Origin: an uncultured bacterium
GTDB taxonomy: Bacteria; Eisenbacteria; RBG-16-71-46
Reading direction: 5' to 3'
Assembly: GCA_964542745.1 (NCBI GenBank)
Contig: CAZIVR010000002.1
Location: forward strand, 27,300-91,299
Length of the DNA stretch: 64,000 bases
Part shown: piece after piece, positions 11,801-20,868 of the stretch
Layout: each line of letters starts with the position of its first letter
Position numbering within the stretch: the stretch's first letter is position 1
The notes under the pieces: generated by a model
The model's input: the letters and a program-made list of their open reading frames with translations, nothing else
What the model was told of the DNA's origin: nothing
Databases searched by the model: none
Translations under genes and position numbers: made by a program

Positions 11801-12471
11801 ACGGCCAGGGCCAGAGCCACCTCGGGATGAAGGCCGACTCCGGGGACCTGTTCGTGCTGCAGGACATGCTCAACACCGGGATGTACGCCGCCCACGGCGG
11901 CACCGTGAGCGTGTGGGACTCGGGCTCGCGCTTCGCCGCGGCCGGCCAGAACAAGGTGACGCTCGCCGACGGCAAGACCCCCGCGCAGGGGTTCCGGTCG
12001 CTCCACTGGGGATCGCCCAACGAGTACGCGTTCGAGTACCTGATGTCGGGCGGCGACAATTCGCTGCACGTCGTGATGGGACTCCGGAAGCCCGACGCGC
12101 GCGGCGAGCTGGCGCTGCGCCCCAAGCCCTACGCCGGCAAGTTCTTCATGTCGGGTGCGGCGGCCGGCCGCGTGTTCGTGTTCGACCCGGGCGTGAAGCT
12201 CGATCCCGCCCAGTACCACGGCAACGTCCCGTCGCGGATCACTCCCGCCGAGTGGGAACGGGAGCTGGCCCCGTTCCTCGCGCGCGACGCCCGGCGGCGG
12301 GGGCTGCCGCTGCGCGTCGAGGGCGAGTTCGTGACGCTCCGGCTCGAGGGCGATTGGAAGCGCTGGCGCTACGACGAGGCGTTCGTGAAGCTGATCCCGC
12401 TCAAGGTCGCGAAGGCCGCCCAGCAGCAGGGCGTGGTGGCCCCCCAGCTCGCGCAGATCGTCGGCGAGTAG
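5878..12471 (+). CDS. Giant glutamate synthase-like protein (FMN-binding GltS domain + internal class-II amidotransferase-like domain + C-terminal GXGXG beta-helix domain; ~700 aa N-terminal region unassigned)
   Basis: 2198 aa from ATG 5878, GGAGA 7 nt upstream, 13 bp after the glnN stop. The FMN domain shows the GOGAT signatures QGAKPGKGGRLSGAKV, SPDPKHDIYSIEDMP, DAGLGGSG, ASGGIRGEVDMLKVLIAGADA and GCNQCGNCHLDCPRGGITT. The GATase-2-like block reads HHRYPTNSPAIDAEGRGNPAGAHPF...LMHNGEQ...TDTEYAAYLV. The GXGXG domain reads VGYGFVGGPRYVGTNLGD...AVYGQGQSHLGMKADSGDLFV...AAHGGTVSVWDSGSRFAAAGQN. Confidence 0.75.
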   Translation: MTPDADRQAGAPERAPLPPANGIPDAAREWEDLLALVVDPESPRVAGRARKRRLLSHLLRRAGLDEADFWKLHRGQRGRLFLSRYSRVSREIPRLEITSFDLDKLLKERYRQEPLTLGAAWHHGFWRSYFSHAAITHPANDGLREEFSTAWDIVRKHPAVLFRTGSGRERETLRGIRLDLPMIVGPLPHPGDGRIERAYLDAIADPGPGEGLHTGTLLVMDAIRYLERLEAFAGREADLLLRIPADLQPWLDGEGERFDALREALRRARIVELEWSDDLPGAVARVREVNPALLVSVYLRYGGGDEGPNGAPPPPDEALSPAAGRLAGPGFWAAVEAAARQDGVAALHVHAGPEKSYRLVPKLDAFLKARLVRARVQLVSAGGDSDTQASAATVYESVLLGANGGSMSHVAGIALCPELIDAYHGADAGAALATLAERTPEELRDLAANTLTCWQHSILDFLSCMGIDDIQKTSGNTMAITMTAEWVRECDRLATPEFGRLNAGLNAARIAAEPPPAAVRERFKVSSLLREVEPGLPRVHAARVLDHGNANYHLENSNRNLSADFLDVIYRMSAGEMPRAEDFFIESDMGPLSLDRVGLRLSRESLEWSLERFRRDPGLLDYVSLAVPRGFLRPGAAPPLCEVRLLAALDEDSDGEQVVEPAPLVRFASDAEGGFDLALAADPALEAAVAGDAPLWLVTVDAEGREARTALAAHGHGGHGLSIARASRDGAVVLRREPRGGYRLSGFGFREPIWHGPVNHSSISLGAASEDFLTARVEGNRGLSMTSSGEGGPIRLASDDDMKWESLQAASGHFGIHAADLRRVRDVEIKINQGAKPGKGGRLSGAKVTPTVSRARNIPVGTDALSPDPKHDIYSIEDMPAEVWLWLLYHNHCGIKITGSNYTRYVAAGMWSNFVVDYLLVDAGLGGSGNYHADSSHVGWPDIFRTILHTHHALVSEKVDLEKTGELKPIRDLNGAPFGAKGGTRLFASGGIRGEVDMLKVLIAGADALMEASIGKAVAFGCNQCGNCHLDCPRGGITTKAELTMQNDRALMRRRFRNWTALNMVKLAILVDALNRESGALAADGAVADAGALLSDIRALRGRTDLLAMPDHGASERPARPEADHDSCRVGSLAVSEPVTVDAIWESARLSYNGGNNRGGGIDFAGFAPAPLRERTCLIFNTIGPDRADTMREMLGHLAGCRFFDAAGRERTAQEVREGLAAYRVPVRERYAHETGWRDADLRENPGDFYMFFVGLAPSVLRRYGRALVASPHWLQRRTQYGDLSEDSLHAALDAAAAAEEAAGAERPAGAADDAGAAPGSAAGGPAPRERLEAFVADVREEYFSALAHLVDTRYYRTHLPPPGPGGAPAPEGKYAAKRRGFVVSMGEDLGAIKMSGWTHTIPEYFDFERFWAGYPGAGPEGVEVRVKGATRRTTALHAHAWGMHHRYPTNSPAIDAEGRGNPAGAHPFKAYNVLLMHNGEQVGVDSTSPFLNEFGYVHADPSMGEGHALYHGDSIYERKALTDTEYAAYLVDFTRRVLGLSTEEASQVISPITGLDLAAMDDARRELLTLLMTNYVQLTPTGPYKFTIVESRRGPAGRVIGFRENMDIKFLRPHEILVSRDASAGGVTAVANGSEAKIADSMLRVLHRQGVLGDAAADLRFSMRPGGNPGRRDFGGVFEAFTSPGSGAIELRNRFGEDVPVDRAGAKVDLARPLADAVAGASPEWARLVSERLEQLGRLLDGAGGMSAGRLFGPDDLLPAPASELVEAALERALELSFDDLRLLAESALPAFAAAGDARRAAAIRVLTELRKRFAFADLGGKSLSSVEYLVDGGRDAAGAPEGGLARLFDAVPPLFEVLRRPPGGTRYARLTLGTRDDLSPPGNAARDVLVVDFAGFESESFGLDSASRIVSRAVRLGWRNLVGYGFVGGPRYVGTNLGDARGVAAPGVVIELYGREFGDFIGALLEGASIAVYGQGQSHLGMKADSGDLFVLQDMLNTGMYAAHGGTVSVWDSGSRFAAAGQNKVTLADGKTPAQGFRSLHWGSPNEYAFEYLMSGGDNSLHVVMGLRKPDARGELALRPKPYAGKFFMSGAAAGRVFVFDPGVKLDPAQYHGNVPSRITPAEWERELAPFLARDARRRGLPLRVEGEFVTLRLEGDWKRWRYDEAFVKLIPLKVAKAAQQQGVVAPQLAQIVGE

Positions 12472-12552
12472 GCGCCTCGCGGCGACGCGCGGAGCCTGTT
12501 AGCTTTGCCCGCGCCGCACGATGACGGACCCATCCGCCCCGAGGAGTCTTCG

Positions 12553-13848
12553 ATGACCGTTCCCGCGTCCTCCGCCGCACCCGCGGTGACCGACCACTCG
12601 CTCTCGCGCCTCGCGCGCGGCATGGTGGGATCCGAGGTGCTCCGCATCGCCGCCGAGGTGCGCGCCGCGATCGCCGCCGGAAAGCCGATCTGCAACCTCA
12701 CGGTCGGCGACTTCGACCCGAAGGAATTCCCGCTGCCCGCGCCGCTGGTCGCCGGGATCAAGCGCGCGCTCGACGCCGGACACTCGAACTACCCGCCCTC
12801 GAACGGCATCCCCGAGCTGCGGAAGAGCGTGGTCGAGTTCTACCGCCGCGAGCTCGGCCTCGATTTCGGCGTGGATTCGGTGGTGGTGGCGGGCGGGGCG
12901 CGGCCACTCATCTACGCGACCTACCGCACGCTGGTGGACCCGGGGGAGCACGCCGTGTTCCCGGTGCCCTCGTGGAACAACAACCACTACGCGTACCTGA
13001 CCGGCGCGCGCGCGGTGGCGCTCGAGGTCAGGCGCGAGCACGGCTTCCACCCCACGCCCGAGCAGGTCGCGGCGCAGCTCCCGACCGCCCGCCTCGTCGC
13101 GCTCTGCTCGCCGAGCAACCCCACCGGCACCGCGATCGGGTCCGCCGCCCTCGCGGAGATCTGCCGGGCGATCGTGGCCGAAAACGAGAAGCGTGCCGCG
13201 AAGGGCGAACGGCCCGTGTTCCTGATGTACGACCAGGTCTACTGGGCCACCGCCTTCGGCGAGGCGAAGCCGGCGATGCCGACCGCGCTGGTGCCGGAGG
13301 TCGCCCCCTACACCGTGCTCATCGACGCGATCTCCAAGTCGCTCGCCGCGACCGGCCTGCGGGTGGGCTGGGCGGTCGCCCACCCGGCGGTGATGAGCCG
13401 CATGTCGGACTTCCTCGGCCACGTCGGCGCGTGGGCGCCCAAGCCGGAGCAGGTCGCGACCGCCGAGTTCCTCGCGGACGCCGCCGCGTTCGCCGAGCAC
13501 CGCGCCTCGATGGAGCGCCGCCTGCGCGAGCGGCTCGAGGCGCTGGCGGCCGGTTTCCGGCGCCTCCGCGAGCGCGGCGTCGCGGTCGAGGCCACCGAGC
13601 CCGAGGGCACGCTCTACCTGTCGGCCCGCTTCCCCCTCGGCGTCACGGCGCGTGGCCGGGAGCTTCGCACCAACGAGGACGTGCGGCGGCTGCTGCTCGA
13701 GGAGGCCGGGCTCGCGGTGGTGCCGTTCCAGGCGTTCGCGCTTCCCGACGAGGGCGGCTGGATGCGGCTCTCGGTGGGCGCGGTGTCCCTGCGCGCGATC
13801 GAGGACGGCATGGCGCGGCTCGGGCAGGTGATGGAGGGGGCGAGGTAG
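12553..13848 (+). CDS. Class I/II PLP-dependent aminotransferase (aspartate aminotransferase-like)
   Basis: PLP-lysine motif SKSLAATGLRVGW plus NPTGT. ATG 12553 with GAGGAG 6 nt upstream. Confidence 0.8.
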   Translation: MTVPASSAAPAVTDHSLSRLARGMVGSEVLRIAAEVRAAIAAGKPICNLTVGDFDPKEFPLPAPLVAGIKRALDAGHSNYPPSNGIPELRKSVVEFYRRELGLDFGVDSVVVAGGARPLIYATYRTLVDPGEHAVFPVPSWNNNHYAYLTGARAVALEVRREHGFHPTPEQVAAQLPTARLVALCSPSNPTGTAIGSAALAEICRAIVAENEKRAAKGERPVFLMYDQVYWATAFGEAKPAMPTALVPEVAPYTVLIDAISKSLAATGLRVGWAVAHPAVMSRMSDFLGHVGAWAPKPEQVATAEFLADAAAFAEHRASMERRLRERLEALAAGFRRLRERGVAVEATEPEGTLYLSARFPLGVTARGRELRTNEDVRRLLLEEAGLAVVPFQAFALPDEGGWMRLSVGAVSLRAIEDGMARLGQVMEGAR

Positions 13849-13869
13849 GCGCACCGGGAGGGGCCGTTC

Positions 13870-14361
13870 GTGAGCCGATTCACCGTGACCGCGTGGGTGC
13901 TGGGCGGGCTCTTCGGCCTCGCCGCCGGGATCGGCGGCTTCACGTTCATGTACGCCGAGGGCGCCTCCTACCTCGGGCACGACTCGGCCGCGTGCGCCAA
14001 CTGCCACGTCATGCGTGAGAACTACGACGGCTGGCTCAAGTCGAGCCACCGGGCGGTGGCGGAGTGCAACGACTGCCACACCCCGCACGAGCCGGTCCAG
14101 AAGTACGTCACCAAGGCGATCAACGGATTCAACCACTCGACCGCATTCACCACCGGGCGCTTTCACGAGCCGATCCGGATCAAGCGATGGAACCGCGAGA
14201 TCGTCGAGCGCGCCTGCCGCCACTGTCACGGGGACATCGTCGAGGCGATGGTTTCGGGCGAGGGCCCCCACGGGGGCGCCGGCGCCGAAGTTTCCTGCGT
14301 CCGCTGCCACGGGTCGGTGGGGCACTCCGATCCGGGCTTCGCGGCCCAACCGGGGAGGTAG
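13870..14361 (+). CDS. nrfH: Cytochrome c nitrite reductase small subunit NrfH (NapC/NirT tetrahaem quinol dehydrogenase)
   Basis: 163 aa with an N-terminal TM helix and four CxxCH motifs (CANCH, CNDCH, CRHCH, CVRCH). GTG 13870 follows GGGAGGGG. Confidence 0.8.
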   Translation: MSRFTVTAWVLGGLFGLAAGIGGFTFMYAEGASYLGHDSAACANCHVMRENYDGWLKSSHRAVAECNDCHTPHEPVQKYVTKAINGFNHSTAFTTGRFHEPIRIKRWNREIVERACRHCHGDIVEAMVSGEGPHGGAGAEVSCVRCHGSVGHSDPGFAAQPGR

Positions 14362-14363
14362 GC

Positions 14364-15779
<1,416 letters not shown>

Positions 15780-17141
15780 CGGGAACGCCCCCTTCCCCGG
15801 GCGGGGCGCCGTGCACGGGAAGGGTGAGGACGAAGCGCGCCCCACCCAGCGCCGAGGGAAGCGAAGTCACGTCCCCGCCGTGGGCGCGGGCGACCCGGCG
15901 CAGGATCGGCAGCCCGAGCCCGAAGCCCGCGGCTCCGGAGCGGGCGCCGGCGCCGCGGAAGAACGGGTCGAAGACGCGCTCCCGCTCGGAGTCGGGGATT
16001 CCGGGTCCCGCGTCGTCCACCGCGAGGGTGGCGGATCCCGCCGCGGCGCTCACCTCGACCGCCACGCGGTCGCCGGTCCGCGAGAACTTGAACGCGTTGT
16101 CGAGGAGGTTGCGCGCGGCGGCGGCCAGGAGCGCGGTGTTGCCTTCGACCAGCACTTCGTCCGGGGCCGCGAGCCGCGCGTCCGACTCGCGCCCGGGGTG
16201 ACGGGCGCACGCCTCCGCGAGCGCTTCGCGCGCGAGGTCCGCGAGGTTCAGGACCTCGAATCCGGTCGCCTCGGCGGCCCCCGCCTCGCCCGAGCGGTGC
16301 AGGAGCAGCACGGCGTCCACCAGTTCCCTCATCGCCGCCACCTGCCCCGCCGCACGTTCGAGTCCCGCGGCGCCGCGGGAGTCCCTCGCGGCGGCCTCCC
16401 GCAGCAGGTCCAGCTCGCCCCCGAGCACGGTGAGCGGAGTGCGCAGCTCGTGGGAGGCGTCCGCGGTCAGGCGGCGCTCGGCGCTCAGGGCGTCGTCGAG
16501 CCGCTCGAGCAGGCGGTCGAACGCCACCGCGAGGCGGTCCAGCTCGTCGAGCCCGGAGCGGGCGCCGAGGGACCGGGGATGGCGGTCCGCGGACAGGCTC
16601 CCCGCGCGGTCCGCCATCTCGGAGAGCGGCCGCAGCGACCTCGCCACGAGCCAGCGGCCGAACAGCAGGCTGAAGGCGAGGATGGGAAGGCCCGCGATCA
16701 GGAGCGATCGCGCGAGCGCCGAGAGATGGCTCCGCTCCGCCCCGCCGCCTCCCGCCACGGCGACGCGAACGCCGTGCGGGCCCGAGGCCGTGGCGACGAT
16801 CGTCCCGTCCCCGGCGGGCCGGCCGGGGTCCGTACGCGAGGGGCCGCTCGGGGCGAGCGACGAGGCGAGCACCCGCCCCGTCGAATCCCGCACCTCGACC
16901 CTCAGGCCGACGTCGAGCCCGTCCTCCACCATGCTGCGGGCCGCGGCCTCGGGATCCGGCTCGTCCACGAGCTCCTGCGCGTAACCGTCGGCGAGGCGGG
17001 CGGCGGTTCGGGAGACGAACGCGTGGCGCTCGGCCCGCATCACGCCCGCGGTGATCGCCATCGCCAGCACGGCGAACAGGGCGATCGCCGCCAGCGTCGC
17101 GACCTGCTGCAGGAGGGTCAGGCGGGCGAGCAGGGAGCGCA

Positions 17142-17810
17142 TCAGTCGCCCAGTTCCAGCAGGAAGCCCTCGCCGCGCAGCGTGCGGAGCCGCGGGCCGC
17201 CGGCGCCCAGCTTGCGGCGGAGCCGCGAGACGATCACGTCGAGGCTCTCGGAGGCCCCGGGCCCGGGATGCGGCCACGCCGACTCGAGGATGTCGCGGCG
17301 GGCGACCGCTTCCCCCGGGCGATCCGCGAGCAGCCGCAGCACCGCCCACTCGCGCGCCGTCAACGTGATCTCGGCGCCGGCCCGGGTCATGCGGCGCGCC
17401 GCGAAGTCGAGCGAGACGTCCCCCGAGCGCAGCGGGGCCGCCGCCGCCGGGCGTCCGCGCCGGCCGAGGGCCCGAACGCGGGCCCGCAGCTCGGCGATCG
17501 CGAAGGGCTTCCGGAGGTAGTCGTCGCCGCCGGCGTCGAGGCCGGCGATCCGGTCCTCCACCTCCCCGCGCGCGGTGAGGAACAGGATCGGCAGGGGCAC
17601 GCCGCGGCCGCGCAGCTCGCGGCAGAACTCGACACCGCTGCCGTCGGGGAGCATCACGTCCACGATCGCCACCTCGAGGTTTCCCGACTCGACGGCCCGC
17701 AGCGCGTCGCCGAGGTTCGCGACGGCGGTGACTTCGTGGCCGGCCTCCTCGAGCGTGCGGCACAGGAGGTCGCGCGTCTCCAGGCTGTCCTCGACGACCA
17801 GGACTCGCAT
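17142..17810 (-). CDS. OmpR-family DNA-binding response regulator
   Basis: Receiver domain (VVEDSLETRDLL...IVDVMLPDGSG...LFLTARGEVEDRIAGLDAGGDDYLRKPF) plus a winged-helix output domain. Confidence 0.85.
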   Translation of the reverse strand: MRVLVVEDSLETRDLLCRTLEEAGHEVTAVANLGDALRAVESGNLEVAIVDVMLPDGSGVEFCRELRGRGVPLPILFLTARGEVEDRIAGLDAGGDDYLRKPFAIAELRARVRALGRRGRPAAAAPLRSGDVSLDFAARRMTRAGAEITLTAREWAVLRLLADRPGEAVARRDILESAWPHPGPGASESLDVIVSRLRRKLGAGGPRLRTLRGEGFLLELGD

Positions 17811-18001
17811 GCCCCGAGAGTAGGCGCCACCGCCGCCCGTGCCAACGGCGGGAGAGGGCCCGCCTGAACGGTTCGTAAACGGTTGCGCCGCGGCGCGGGC
17901 CCCGGCGGCGCATGGTTTCCGAACCGGGCCGCGAGTCCGAGGTAGAAGGAGGCACGCGCGCCGGCCGTCGTGGCCGGAGCGCCAACCGAGGGAGGACGCC
18001 G

Positions 18002-18709
18002 ATGAAGCGCTGGAGCGCGGGTGCGGTGCTGGGAATCGCGGCGCTGGCCGCGGGCGTGGGGGGAGCGTTCGCGAAGGACAAGGCCGCGGCCTACGCGCCG
18101 CGCATCGACCCCGCGGACTTCCGGGCGACCGTGGACCATCCCTACTTCCCGCTGGTGCCCGGCACCCGCTACCTGTACCGCGAGACCGAGGGCAGCCGGG
18201 TGAGCGAGAACGAGGTCACCGTGCTCGCCGAAACGCGGGTCGTGCTCGGCGTGACCTGCACCGTGGTGCACGACGTGGTGCGGACCGGCGGGCGGGTCAA
18301 GGAGGACACGCGCGACTGGTACGCGCAGGACCGGCAGGGCAACGTCTGGTACTTCGGCGAGGACACCCGGGAGTTCCATCCGCGCGGACGCGTGAGCACG
18401 CAGGGTTCGTGGGAGGCGGGTGTTTCGGGCGGCCAGCCGGGCATCCTCATGAAGGCGCTGCCGGCGCCCGGGGAGCCCTATCGGCAGGAGTACCGCCGCG
18501 GCGTCGCCGAGGACATGGGACAGGTCGTCGCGACGGGCGAGACGGTGGCCGTGCCGGCGGGGACCTACTCGGACTGCGTCAAGACCCGGGACTGGTCGCT
18601 GCTCGAGGCCGGTCACGAATTCAAGTGGTACGCCCGGGGGGTGGGACTCGTCCGCACCGAGTCCGCCTCGAAGGAGGTCGCGGTGCTCGTGTCGGTCACG
18701 CGTCCGTGA
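18002..18709 (+). CDS. Hypothetical secreted protein
   Basis: Signal peptide MKRWSAGAVLGIAALAAGVGGAFA after GGGAGGA. No recognised motifs. Confidence 0.5.
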   Translation: MKRWSAGAVLGIAALAAGVGGAFAKDKAAAYAPRIDPADFRATVDHPYFPLVPGTRYLYRETEGSRVSENEVTVLAETRVVLGVTCTVVHDVVRTGGRVKEDTRDWYAQDRQGNVWYFGEDTREFHPRGRVSTQGSWEAGVSGGQPGILMKALPAPGEPYRQEYRRGVAEDMGQVVATGETVAVPAGTYSDCVKTRDWSLLEAGHEFKWYARGVGLVRTESASKEVAVLVSVTRP

Positions 18710-19539
18710 CGGAGGGCCGCGGGTCGTGGCGGGCGGCGCCCCCGGCGCTCGCCTGCATGGTGTGCGCCGCGGGGCTGCTCGCGGCCGCGTTCCCGGCCTC
18801 GGCCCGCATCCTCAAGACCCGGAACGTCGGCGGGATGTCCGGACCGCTTTCGTTCACCGTGGGGAGCGGGGTCGAGTTCGAGACCGACGGCGAGGAATCG
18901 GAGTTCGGGTTTCCGTTCCTCGGCGAGTACGGATTCACCGAGGCGGTCCACCTGGCCGTCGAACCGAGCTTCGTCGTGATCCGGAAGAAACGCGGCGGCA
19001 CGTCGGGGGGCGCGGGGGACCTCGAGACGACGCTCACCTGGGAGCTTCCCACCGAGCGGCGCCACCGGCCCGCCGTCGCGCTGGAGGGCGTGGTCAAGTG
19101 GCCGACCGCGCGGCGCGGCGAGCTCGGGACCGGCGAGCGGGACCTCGCGCTCGGGGTGATCGTCAGCAAGGAGCTCGTGTCGTTCGACGCCGAGGCCAAC
19201 GCGGTCTACACGTTCATCGGCGATCCGCCCGGGGTCCGGCTCCAGAACGTGCTGGAACTCTCGCTCGCGGCGGAGATTCACCTCCGTCCCTCGCTCGACC
19301 TGCTCGCCGCGGTGGTCACGGCGTCGGGATCGGGGGGCCGGCGCGGCTCGCCGGGATCGCTCGGGAGCTACGGCAACGTCGGCGGTCCCGAGCAGGGCGA
19401 GCGCGAGACCGAAGCCACGCTCGGGCTCGCGCGCAAGTTCAACGAGTTCCTGAAGCTCGAGCTCGGCGCCGTCCTCAAGTCGGGACCGGCGGTGCAGACG
19501 GTGTTCGCGTGGGAGTGGGACTTCGGCGGGGGCCAGTAG
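18706..19539 (+). CDS. Hypothetical secreted / outer-membrane-associated protein
   Basis: Continuous ORF. The GTG at 18706 overlaps the upstream stop (GTGA) and yields signal peptide ...RAAPPALACMVCAAGLLAAAFPASA. The alternative start is ATG 18757. Confidence 0.45.
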   Translation: MTEGRGSWRAAPPALACMVCAAGLLAAAFPASARILKTRNVGGMSGPLSFTVGSGVEFETDGEESEFGFPFLGEYGFTEAVHLAVEPSFVVIRKKRGGTSGGAGDLETTLTWELPTERRHRPAVALEGVVKWPTARRGELGTGERDLALGVIVSKELVSFDAEANAVYTFIGDPPGVRLQNVLELSLAAEIHLRPSLDLLAAVVTASGSGGRRGSPGSLGSYGNVGGPEQGERETEATLGLARKFNEFLKLELGAVLKSGPAVQTVFAWEWDFGGGQ

Positions 19540-19557
19540 CGGCCGCCGCGGGCGCGG

Positions 19558-20868
19558 CTAGGTTCCCGCGACCGTGAGGTTCTCGAACCGCACCGCCTCG
19601 GGGCCCGAGTAGTTCCCGAGGAACACGGTCTCGCGGGACCAGCGCGCGGTGCCGAGCGCGGCGAACACGTTGCCGCTCACGGTGCCGCCCTTGACCGGGC
19701 GGCGCTCGCCCTTCTCGTACAGGGTGCCGACGCGCACCTCGCTGCCGAAGTTGCCGCGCGCCTGGTCCGGCGTGAGCCACGAGAAGCTGCGCACGTAGAG
19801 CACCGGTCCGTCGCCCGCGGTGAGCTCGGCGAGCGGCGTGCGTCCGGCCGGCAGCTCCCAGTTCGAGAACGCGCCGGTCGCCTCGATCTTGAGGTAGTCC
19901 GCCTGCTGCTTGCCGGCCCAGGGATGGGCGAACACGCCGTCCTTCACGATCTCGACGCGCCGGCCGGCCACGCCCGAGCCGTCGAAGGCGTAGCTGGCGA
20001 GCCCGAACGGCAGGGTGGCGTTGGACGCCACGTGGAGCGGCTCGCCGCCCTTCGACTCGATCGGGAGCGGCTTGCCGATCTCGAAGCGCGAGGACTTCTG
20101 GTGGAGCGCGTCCCCCGAGGAGTGCTGCTGGATCGGGGCGAGGAAGGCCGCCACTTCCTCCGCGTCGATCACCACCGGGTACCGGCCGGAAGGAGGCGGC
20201 GTGGCGCGCGTCAGGTCGCGCGCCTCCTCGGCGGCGCGCGCCACGATCCGGGGCACGTCGAGATCCGAGGCGCGGCGGCGTTCCTCCCACGAGTAGCGCT
20301 CGGAGGGACGCCCGCCGTCCGCGAGCAGCAGGGTGAGGAGCGACACGCGGGTGGCGCGCCACTCTCCCGAGAAGCCCGCCGAGTTTTCGAGCGAGAGGGT
20401 CTCCTCACCGGTGAACAGCTCCATCGAGGAGGGCCGCACCCCGGCGTGGGCCACGGCCTCGGCGCGCCACGCGGCCGCGATCGCCCGGGCGGTGTCGCGC
20501 GCGCGGCCGGCGGCCAGCGCGGGATCGAAGGCCGCGACCGCGGGCACGGGGCCCGCCGCGGGGAGCGTCCACGGCGCGTCGCCGCCGAGACCGGCCATGA
20601 AGACCGCGGCCTCGACCCGCTCGGCGACGCCGGCCCCGTCGCCGGGCGAGAGCGTCACCGTGGCGCGGCCCAGCCGATCGCCGTTGGCCACGAACACGGT
20701 GGCCTCGATCGTCTCGCCGGCCGTGCGCCGCTCGGTCTCGGTCTCGGTGCGCACGAGGTAGGTCTGGAAGCCCTCGCGGCGCACGCGCTGGATCTGCCAG
20801 GCTCGCACCCGCGTGTCGCGTTCGAGCGCCGCGCGCAGGGCGGCGGCGGGGGAGGCGGGCGCGCTCAC
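19558..20868 (-). CDS. TldD/PmbA family metalloprotease-like protein (PmbA/TldE-type partner)
   Basis: 436 aa with a C-terminal PmbA_TldD fold (conserved GDG...LHQKSSRF...GxVxDG-type blocks). The GTG start overlaps the tldD stop (GTGA), with GAGG 5 nt upstream. Confidence 0.65.
   Translation of the reverse strand: MSAPASPAAALRAALERDTRVRAWQIQRVRREGFQTYLVRTETETERRTAGETIEATVFVANGDRLGRATVTLSPGDGAGVAERVEAAVFMAGLGGDAPWTLPAAGPVPAVAAFDPALAAGRARDTARAIAAAWRAEAVAHAGVRPSSMELFTGEETLSLENSAGFSGEWRATRVSLLTLLLADGGRPSERYSWEERRRASDLDVPRIVARAAEEARDLTRATPPPSGRYPVVIDAEEVAAFLAPIQQHSSGDALHQKSSRFEIGKPLPIESKGGEPLHVASNATLPFGLASYAFDGSGVAGRRVEIVKDGVFAHPWAGKQQADYLKIEATGAFSNWELPAGRTPLAELTAGDGPVLYVRSFSWLTPDQARGNFGSEVRVGTLYEKGERRPVKGGTVSGNVFAALGTARWSRETVFLGNYSGPEAVRFENLTVAGT

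Noticed and set aside
5605-12524. 2204-aa minus-strand ORF and 2186-aa +2-frame ORF overlapping the GOGAT-like gene
   Set aside because: Low-complexity RG/RA-rich products. Only the 5629/5878 frame has recognisable glutamate-synthase motifs.
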